Shown here: positions 54,728 to 64,000 of the stretch, one piece after another
How positions within the stretch are numbered: the stretch's first letter is position 1
Layout of the letters: each line of letters starts with the position of its first letter
Assembly (NCBI RefSeq): GCF_006345805.1
Contig: NW_021835989.1
Coordinates: 1-64,000 of the forward strand
Direction: 5' to 3'
Length of the DNA stretch: 64,000 nt
DNA from: Octopus sinensis
Lineage: Eukaryota
Translations under genes and position numbers: made by a program
The notes under the pieces: model-generated
Database searches by the model: none
The model's input: only the letters and a program-made list of their open reading frames with translations
Told to the model about the DNA's origin: nothing

Positions 54728-55000
54728 TTATATTTTATATAAAAGAAAAGCAAGTCTCCCGTAATAAAAATAAATAAAATGATTCTTACAATGAGTTACA
54801 TAACTCCCAAATTCCTGCCCCACCACACATTGCCAAATCGGACTGTGCAGGAGATCAAACTCATTTTTAATAAACATAGCAATGTCCCTCTCCGAATCAC
54901 TCTGCTCTAATGCTCTTCTGGCACATTCGATAGCTTTTTGTTGAAGGGATTCCGACATATCTACAAGTCTTACTACAGGATGTCTATCTTCCAATAACAT
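54728..55000 (-). CDS. Dynein light chain LC8-family protein (intronless, divergent paralog)
   Basis: DMSESLQQKAIECA...ERDIAMFIKNEFD...WQCVVGQEFGSYVTH...FIYFY. Confidence 0.92.
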   Translation of the reverse strand: MLLEDRHPVVRLVDMSESLQQKAIECARRALEQSDSERDIAMFIKNEFDLLHSPIWQCVVGQEFGSYVTHCKNHFIYFYYGRLAFLLYKI

Positions 55001-55109
55001 TGTAGGAATTGACCATAATTTGCGATATTAATTAATTTATGATAATTCTTAACGCAATTATATTCATCAAAAAAATATTCTCTTATATCTCACATAAATC
55101 GTATCGGTC

Positions 55110-55515
55110 TTAAAAATAAACTTATTTTAAGATAAAAATCCATGTTAAAGTAATTAATTAATTAGCTTAATCTTCTCTTTTTGGGCCCATAATCCAGTGA
55201 CCGTATGGGTATGTTCTCGTCAAAGCACACTCCACATTCTGAGGCTGCCCTTGGTTGACATTCCGTTTCAGCTTTCTCCTCACTAGGTATCGATATACCA
55301 TGCCTCTCTTCAGCCTGCATGCTCTCCAATGTCTTCCTCAGAACCACTGTCTGAATATATGCTCTCACTCTTTCTTCCAGCTTGAGGACATCAAGATGAC
55401 CCTTGAAAAATCTTGAGACAATTCCATCCTAGGTCATTACAACAGGGATTACTTTCACTTTTGCGTGATGAATTGTTTTAAGTTCATTTGTTAATAAGTC
55501 ATATTTGTGGAGGTC
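55110..55515 (-). mobile_element. 3' fragment of an R4/Dong-like REL non-LTR element
   Basis: KYDLLTNELKTIHHAKVKVIPVVMT*DGIVSRF...AYIQTVVLRKTLES, a REL C-terminal pattern distinct from the CRE-like family, with an apparent W-to-stop change. Confidence 0.65.
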
Positions 55516-56928
55516 TTAAAATAATTTTGTATTATTATATTAATACTATTAAAGAGTTCAAGTATTAACTATAATTTCCGATCAATCATAATGATGTAAT
55601 CAATAATTGCTAAATTATATTGTTTAAATATAATTTGATAACTAACTTAGTGAAATTATGACTGTCTCGTATTTTACGTGTGTGACTTTAAATAGATTAA
55701 TCAATAACTTCCAATTATATGAATATTATTTTATACTTCAGCAGAAATATTTGGGATAAACACAAAAAATAATAATTCGAAGTAAACGATTACTTATTTC
55801 ATTCGATTTTTAAAAAATCCGATAAAAAATAAAATGTGTATATTGCATTTGATATCAGAAAAAATATTGCTTTTTGACTGTTTTTTGTAAAATTCATATC
55901 ATTTAAATATTGTATTCTGCTAGATAATTTTTAAATTAATAATTAAATCTTTAAATCGACTAACCAATTTAAATGAATTTCTAGCTGACAAAGACAATTT
56001 CAATAATAGGTTGTTTGCTACCTATAACTTGTCATAAAAATCAATAAATTAAAAAATAAATTCTAGTCGAGATAGTACTTAAAGATTATCATTTAGGTCT
56101 AATATTATTTAACCTATTTAATTACTATTGTAAATAAAAAAAATTCTGTAAATGTAAAAGTTGCTAAAAATCGGCTTATTTTTGTATTGAAATACACAAA
56201 AATATATTGTTTTCCTAAAATTATCTTTTGATTGATAATTAGATAAATTTTAATTTTTATATTGATTTTAATATTGTGGAATAGGTTACTTTGCGCTTTA
56301 ATTAAATGATTTAATATAAAAATGAACCACGGATCAATCAATTTCCTTAATTTCATGTAATTAAAACTACATGAAAAACGTTTGTTTCTAAAGTGATGGA
56401 ATCTATTTATAATTTCTGCATAAATAGTTTCGATCCCAACACAATTTTGACAATTTGTACGATCAACCGAAATTGGTGGTTATTTCAACTTGTCGCAGAT
56501 AATTTAAATCACAAAATAGTCACATAAATACCAAAAAATGGCAGCTCTGCATACCAGCATCCAAAGCCACAGCGCTCAAGCGCATATAATCGTGAAATAT
56601 TGATTTAACGGCGAATACGCTATTTTCTCGTTGATATATGAATACATTATATTACAGAGATACATACGCTGTTTGGTAGTTTGTTTATCCTTGTTTGTAT
56701 GTACACAATGAGTTATGGGTTTATGTTAGTTAGTCTACGCGGATGCATTGTGTTTGAGTGAGGGATTATAATTGCTATATATGACGATATGTTGTATTAA
56801 TATATAATGGCTACGCTTTGGTGCTGGCAAATGAACAGTAATTAGGTCGAGTAATTCAGGAATGATATTGTATTTACGGATTAAACACTAATTAATGAAT
56901 ATTCTCATTCTTTTTTTAGGTATACAAC

Positions 56929-59582
56929 ATGGACAATCACAACTCCAAGAGAAATACAGATTCTAAATGTCACTCAAATTGTGATTCAGAAAAACCAAGT
57001 AAACTTAAAACCAATCGCTCTAATTCCAATTTTATCAGTCGAGATAAACCTGATTCTATGGACGAATCTCCTGTAACTGCTAATGAAAATCAAAAAACAC
57101 CAAAAAATTCGAAATTTAGTGTCACTGATCTTGTCAATGAATCTGAACAAATTTTCCACAATTTTTCATTGTCAAAGATCATAAAATTATATCTTAAAGA
57201 CAAAACTGTTCTTCATGACATTTCCTACTATGTAACAAAGCTCGAACAAAGTCAAATTGATCACGTGCTTACCGAAATGAAGCCTTTGAAGTTGCCGCCT
57301 GATACTTCCTTCAAAGATTTAGAAAATAAAAAAGAATTTAACTCTCTCGAGTATTCTCCGAATGTATTTCCTCATATTGCTTATGCTCTGGAATGCCCTC
57401 TGGTAAACGGGGACCAGATTTATGAGTATCAAGTCGAAACCAATGCCGTCTGGTTCATCAGAGTTCTCGAAATAGAATATCCGCTGATCAAAGCTCAGTT
57501 TTTAGGGGACAAAGAAACTTTTTCCATTAAAATTGACTCACCGAAAATCAAACAACTTTACCACGGAGGAGAAAACGGCCTACTTTATCGATATCCTCCG
57601 TTCATGGATGGCAAAAACATGCAAGAAGAGATTGCACGGACTTTGACGAATTGTTATTCGTTTAAAGATGAATTCCTTATAAAAGTATTTCTCTCGCATT
57701 ATTCTTAGAAAAATATATTCACATGGAGCTCTCAGGGTCTTGTGGGAAAATACATGGAGGTGAAGCACAGGAGAAGGCACTTGTCAATGGTTTGGTTCGC
57801 ACAGATCATAAAAAACGTTGGAGGATATTTATTGCTGAGATGGATATGCCCGAATAAAAAATTCCGTGAATTTTGGATTTTTTGCACTTCGCATAGACTT
57901 TGCCCTGTTGGGTATGGTGCACAGAATAATATTGAATATGGATTCCCCAAAATGGAAGGTATGTTGACTGAATACTTATTTTTGGAGGATTCAAAACGTT
58001 TGAGATATCTTTGGGGTTTATATTTGTGTGTTTTTTATTTTTGAATACAGAAGTGCTTTCTGTGCCAGCATTTCTATTTGAGGTAGCCTAAAATTTCTAA
58101 CTTGGTTTAGATTCCCTTTGAAGTAACCGTTCATAAACTAAAAGTTGGAATGGCAGTCGAGGCTTTGGATTTGAAGACCAGACAGATTCTCTTTCCAGCA
58201 AAAATTAGCGAAATAATCGACCACACGTGCATTAAAATCGATTCAATCGAATCTGGTACAAAAATTGAATCTTTTTATTCTCTTTCTGATGGAATCTTTC
58301 CTGTTGAGTTTTCTGTAGACCACAAACTGCCTCTTACGTTTTCTGATGGTTGTGCTTGGTGGTCTCATGTTAAAGGAACCAGAAAACTTTTTCAGTGAAG
58401 TAAATATACAGGGATTGGAAAGGGACTTGAAAGAGCTCCAAAATCGATTACAAGAACAGTAAATATTAATAAAAAACTATTTCTTTCAGTTCAAGAAAAA
58501 GCCTGGATTTGAACCCGGGGTGAAGCTTCAAGTGATTAATCCTACGAATAATCAAATTGTCTGCCCAGCAACAATCCTCAAAGTTGCTGGACATTTGATT
58601 TTTGTCAAAATAAACGAGGAATCGCCCTTGATCTATTCAGTCTACAGTCCTCAAGTTCTCCCCTTTGGGTGGGCTGAATCAAACGGTTATCCACTCAGTC
58701 AGCCACAATTGCCACCACTATGTGAACAAGATAGAAGTATACTGTTGAAAGCCCTTTTATCAAATATGTTGGACGACCACATGGAAATTAGGAGAATTGA
58801 TGACCTTTGGAGTCCTGAAATCTTCATTAATGCTCATTGCTACTCAGGGAAGTACCTTTATGTGTCAGAAATACTTCGAATTCCCAAAATAATTGGACCT
58901 GGGCCAATTTGTTTGGTCCTTAAGTCACTATATGAGTATATTCTTAAATGTACATCAAATTTTAAACGTCTGAACGGAATTTTAAGTGTTTTCGGAGATT
59001 TAACCAGTTCAATACAGATATCCGTAAAAAAGTATTTTTGAATTTATGTATTAATAAACAGTAAATTCGACAGTTTTCACAAGTTTGAGGTCTGTGATTC
59101 TGCGGGACAACTGAGTCACTTTCTACTCAAATTGTGTCTAAAGTTAAAAGTTTGTCCGAATTTAATATCCCTCGTCGATTTATCAGGAAAACCTTGTTTA
59201 CTATGTAAATTTAAATAAATTAAATTAATAAGGCAACCCCAAAATTCCAAAATCCAAGAAACGTAAAAAAGATTTCTCAATTCCTGAGATCTGCTCCAAA
59301 CCTAAGAGAAAAATCGAATGTAGTCAAACTTTGCCACTTTCTGAGGAAAATAAAAATTCCCTACTAAAAGACCCACGGGACTGGACCTGTGAGAATTTGA
59401 TAAAGTACATCGAGTCTACGAAATGCCGGAATGTGGCTCCCGTGCTGAGATACCAGAATTTTGACGGGCAGTCGTTTCTCTTATTGAACAAGCGAACGTT
59501 GAAGGATTCCCTGTGTCTCAAAGACACAATTTCGGACGCCCTCCTGAAGATCATCAACGAACTGAGAAATTCCTACCATTAA
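56929..59582 (+). pseudogene. SFMBT: SFMBT-like copy D with premature TGA at 58396
   Basis: Full length, but MBT motif FQWSKY (TGG in copy A) reads FQ*SKY. Confidence 0.8.
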
Positions 59583-60083
59583 GACGATCATTTATTTATA
59601 TTTTTATCGATTTTCTTTATATTACAAAGATGCATAGACTTGGTTATATATAAGAATTTGTCAAAATCATCAACATACTCTTGACAGCTTTTTTTGAGGG
59701 ACTGTTGGGAGTTATATTAAGAATGAGTAGGCGTCTAACACACAGTGGTGGTTTTAGTGATATTTTTTGTGAACAAATAAGAGAGGACAAAACTATCTTT
59801 TTTTCATATAAAACAACTTTAAAAAAATCTGAACAGTCAAAGAATTAAATGTAGGAAATTGGGGCAGTAAGAAATGCTCCAATGAACTAATTTCAGGTAT
59901 AAAAAAGTTTATAGACACAGAAAAGTGACTTATAAAATGTGAATTAACTGATTTACCGAAACGGGTGAAGAATTTTCTCACTCGAATAGACCAATAAAGA
60001 AGCAATGGCGCTTTATATCGGACTTGAAACTTCCGTTTTAAAAAAAGCGTTTGACAGTATATCTTACATGGACTGATTATAAC

Positions 60084-60328
60084 GTAGATCTTCCTTCTGG
60101 TATTTGTTGACGTACAAAACAAGATCAGAAAAATTGTGGGTTATTAATTCAGTGCGGTTTTAACTTGATTACTTAAAGGTGATAGACTCGAACTGTGGAA
60201 GGCCAAAATGCAATGAAAAATTATAAATTGATATTACTAAGTGAACAAAACATTGTAGATTACTCACAAGACCTTGGGAATCAAGGATTTAATTGAGAAA
60301 TGATGACTAATATGTATGAACTATATTC
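60084..60328 (+). pseudogene. Cathepsin L (papain-family) pseudogene fragment
   Basis: VDLPS, DQKNCG, then TVEGQNAMKNYKLILLSEQNIVDYSQDLGNQGFN*EMMTNMY, aligning to LEGQ...LSEQNLVDCS...GN.GCNGG. Cysteines lost; in-frame stop. Confidence 0.7.
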
Positions 60329-60539
60329 ATATGAAAGAATTGTATTTTTCTTAATCGTAATACATTTCAAATGATCTTCTACGGAGAGATTAGTCCTAAC
60401 GAGATAGCTTTTATAATGGTCTTAGCAAAAATCGCTTCAATCTATATTGAAAACGTAAATTCTGATTTGATTTTATACGACTCAACCATTATTATTAAAA
60501 GCACGTTCACAGAACCAAAGAATGTAAATTAATTTAAAT

Positions 60540-61150
60540 TCCGTTTGTGCCACACGTTTCGAGATTCTATTCACCAAACTTCTTCATCGGTATTTGTTTT
60601 TCGCGTCTGTTCGTTGTTCTTCTAGATCTTTCCCACATTTGAGTTTTTTCCCAATTTTATTAAGATCCTTGTTTAGAACAACAGAGAAAGTGACTCCAGG
60701 TCTTTTATTGAACGATGTCTTGCTTTTATTGTCAAAGTAATTGTCCATTATAATGCTTGCGGGTGCGGGAGTGTTTATGTCTATTCTAAGTACATGCCCA
60801 AATAGCCTCCATCTTGATTCGATAATTTTTGTGCTTATTGAAACCGATTGTGTCATAGAGTAGAATTTCTTGTTTGAAATTTTCTTTGGCCAATCTAGGT
60901 CGAGTAAATTTCGTAACGGCTTTCGATGAAATGTGTCCATTTTCTTGAGTTCTAACTTTGTACGAGTTGTATAACCTTATTTGTAACTTTTTTGATTAGC
61001 TTTGGTCGACTCCATATTTTTTGCATTTTATTATACATTGCACTGGCTAGGACTCTTCTATACACCATGTCCTTACTATCACCAAGTAGGGATCTTAGTT
61101 TCCTTTTTTTCCTCCAGTTTTCATCAATGTATTTTAATTCCCTTGTGATT
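60540..61150 (-). mobile_element. RTE-like LINE 3' fragment
   Basis: DTFHRKPLRNLLDLDWPKKISN...SRWRLFGHVLR; upstream KLRSLLGD..DM. Confidence 0.8.
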
Positions 61151-61394
61151 CTTATATGTTCAACTCAGTAATATTTTCTAAAAAATGATTTTTAGGAATA
61201 TTCATTATCGACAACTGAGTTATTAAATCACAGAATCCCCTACAAGCGAACAGGAACCACGGCGATCTCAAAAAGGATTCTGGAAAGAGACGTTTTCTTG
61301 GTCACATCTACAGACGTAAAATCTTGAGTACTAACTTATCTTAAAAAATGAATTAAAAGAATAAATCAAAAAAGCACGACAAATATTCAAAAAT

Positions 61395-62000
61395 CTACTC
61401 GTCATTGGCCATTTCAGCAATAGGGTTGGCATGGATGGTGACAGAGAGGATAGAAATATCATCCAAAGGACGGTGTGTCTTCTCATCCACTTCCACCTGC
61501 TCCATCTGTTGGAGAGTGCCGAATCCGTCAATCAGTCTCAAATATGCTTCAAATGCCATACTTTCCAAACACGCTGTATTTCATGTCTAAGGATGTTTGT
61601 TTGGAATAGGTTATAAAGAATTGAGATTTGTTGGTATTAGACCCACTGTTGGCCATGGACAGCACTCCACGGGAAGCGTGCTTCAGAGTCCTCTTGAATT
61701 CGTCCTCGATGGGACTCCCCCAGATGCTCTGACCGCCCTTTCCAGTCCCTTTCTTGTGGGTTTCATTAAAGTGAACCTGAAGGGTCGCCACCCTGAACAA
61801 TGAAACCCTTTATATTTCTGTGGAAAATGCAGTGATTGTAATATTCAGAGGCGCAGAGAGCCAGGAAGTTCTACAATTTTTATATTTTTTGAACGTGGCA
61901 TAGTTTTGGACAATCTTCACAAAAAAGTTCAAATTTTAAGTCTCCGAGTGATGTATGAAGGGTACATGACTGTTTTAATTAATGCACCACAGCAAACCAT
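61395..62000 (-). CDS. PPIL3: Peptidyl-prolyl isomerase-like 3 (spliceosomal cyclophilin), 4 micro-introns
   Basis: Spliced [68 protein letters not shown]...[18 protein letters not shown]...[10 protein letters not shown]. Confidence 0.92.
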
Positions 62001-62178
62001 TTGAAATAAAAATATTTATTTAGTTTGTTTATATGAAAAAATATAAATTTGAATAAGACCAATCAGAAATGCAAACTAAATCATATTTTGTCCTTACAAA
62101 GAACTTAACATACAAGGCAACGTCTGTCCTGGGGGACATCTTAGCCAAATCAATGGTCAGCTAACGGTCTGCCTAATA

Positions 62179-63032
62179 CAGGGGTGCGCAAGTGCGGCCG
62201 TGAGTCGATGAATGTGCGGCCGTGGGCACAATTAAATCATCGAACAACTAATCTTAATATGAAGCTGTTTAATCCCATTTTTATGGCTGATTTTTCCAGA
62301 TTGTTAGCAAGAATGTTTATATATTGTCCTGAGTTTATTTTTTCATCGATGAAACATAACAAACCCATTCCAAAATATGAAAAGCATCCCGAGACCATAA
62401 TTTTTCCGCCACCACACTTAACAGTGGGTGATAATTTGAATTCTTGAATTCATTTCCCCTTTTTCGGTATATTATTTTTCTTTTTGGTGCATAAACTTTA
62501 AAAGTAAACTCGTCTGAAAAAATGATTGATCTCCATCCTTCATCATACATACCAACGAATATTTTCGATATTTCATATCTTTTGAGTCTGTTTTTTTACT
62601 TAACAATGGTTTTTTCTTTGCTACTCTTCCAAATAAAACATTCTTGTTTAAATTGCAAAATGGCTTAACAATATCGTTCAAGGTGGCATGTCTGGGTATA
62701 CAGCCGGCACGAGAGACGTGAGTCTAGCTGGCTTTTTCAGCGCATTTCGCTCGCGATATTGCGCGGAAACGGCCTATCTATTCGCGCGTCCTCTCAATCA
62801 AAGAATTAACATCATAAATTCACTTAATTAACACTCGAACTATTGTTTCAAAGAACTCATTCGGTCTCGATGACAATGGGCAACTTATGCGGTCACTTTT
62901 AATAATTAAAAAAATTACTATATTAATATCGAAAAAATAATTCGAAAAAATAATGCAGAAAATGTGCGGCCGTGGAAGAGAAGGAAAAAAAATGCTATGC
63001 GGCCGCAAACCCAAAAAGCTTGCGCACCCCTG
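62179..63032. mobile_element. Non-autonomous hAT element containing a Tc1-like transposase fragment
   Basis: 14-bp TIR CAGGGGTGCGCAAG, 8-bp TSD GCCTAATA, four tgcggccg subterminal motifs. Internal minus-strand GRVAKKKPLLSKK...WRSIIFSDE...VKCGGGKIMV. Confidence 0.9.
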
Positions 63033-63302
63033 GCCTAATACTTCCGGGCATGTGGTTCATAATCTCCTATTAGATAAGGAAAATTCTGCGGTTCTTACTA
63101 GATATCAAAAATTATTTAAAGATAAACAGTTTTTCATTAATAAGCAATTTTCCGTAAACTTAGTCAGATAATTCGGTAAAATTGTAAATCTAAAACACCA
63201 CATTGGCCTATTAATTTATTTATTATTAATTTAAATTATTTACTAATTATTTATTGAAAATATAATCAATTTTGCGTAGTATTCCAAAACCTTATATTAA
63301 AA

Positions 63303-64000
63303 ATGCCCTACAGTAATGGAATGGAAAACCTAATAACAGTCATCGACAAAATACAAAATGCCTTTACATGTTCTTCTCTGCCCTGCAATCTCGACCTCCC
63401 TCAAATCGTCGTCGTCGGCTGCCAAAGTGCAGGCAAAAGCAGCGTATTAGAAAATTTTGTCGGAAGGTTTTGTACATAAAATCATATTTTTAGAGATTTT
63501 CTGCCACGGGGGACTGGAATTGTGACCCGAAGACCTCTGGTTCTTCAGCTGATCAACTCCGATGAAGGTTATACATGTCATAATGCACAGAATATGGCGA
63601 ATTTTTGCACAACTCAAGCAAATACTTCAACTTTAACGATATTCGAACTGAAATTGAAGCAGAAACAACGAGATCTTGTGGAACCAACAAAGATGTTTCC
63701 GACGTTCCAATAAACCTAAAAATATTTTCCCCCAACGGTAAAAAAATCAAAAATAAACATTTTTAGTGATTGATTTAACTTTGGTCGACCTTCCAGGACT
63801 CACAAAAATTGCTGTGGCGGGACAAAACCACGAGGTCATTGGGGTAATAAGGAAAATGGTCCTCAAATTTATCGAAAACCCAAACAGTCTCATTTTGGCT
63901 GTCACCCCTGCCACGACTGACTTGGCCAACTCTGACGCCTTGCAAATCGCAAAGGAAGTGGACCCTCTCGGAACCCGCACTATTGGGGTCATTACTAAGC
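63303..64000 (+). CDS. Dynamin-family GTPase, 5' part (runs off the window)
   Basis: [21 protein letters not shown]...[41 protein letters not shown]...[11 protein letters not shown]...RTIGVITK. Introns of 27, 23 and 29 nt. Confidence 0.95.

Noticed and set aside
55429-55452. 24-nt GT..AG segment as an intron in a host gene
   Set aside because: The segment encodes the VIPVVMT(W) motif of a REL retroelement; the TAG is better read as a mutated Trp codon.
28514-58398. Stop-codon reassignment (TAA=Gln, TGA=Trp) suggested by the SFMBT copies
   Set aside because: Each stop occurs in only one paralog and is a single transition. RAD50, TAF9, FNTA, PPIL3 and dynamin show no in-frame stops in the exons traced, and the complete genes end normally at TAA or TAG.

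Overview
AT-rich animal (metazoan) genomic DNA with ultra-short GT-AG introns (mostly 22-29 nt), so the ORF track is fragmentary and most listed ORFs are exon pieces or antisense shadows. Host genes reconstructed by manual splicing: RGS22-like (+), RAD50 (two copies), a compact 3-PDZ Par-3-like gene (two copies), TAF9 and farnesyltransferase alpha (three copies each), an SFMBT-like MBT-SLED-SAM gene (three copies, each with a different lesion), dynein light chain, a cathepsin-L pseudogene, PPIL3 cyclophilin and the 5' part of a dynamin. About 11-60 kb is a mosaic of recent segmental duplications, mixed with pogo, hAT and Ginger-type DNA transposons and several non-LTR retroelement fragments. 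Most notable: transposases that carry host-type micro-introns; a U2 snRNA 5' fragment fused head-to-head to a truncated LINE; a candidate ~275-nt multi-stem structured RNA upstream of the SFMBT gene; and a hAT element carrying a Tc1 fragment. I found no CRISPR or prokaryote-type system. The intron sizes resemble those described for dicyemid mesozoans, but the taxon is an inference only.
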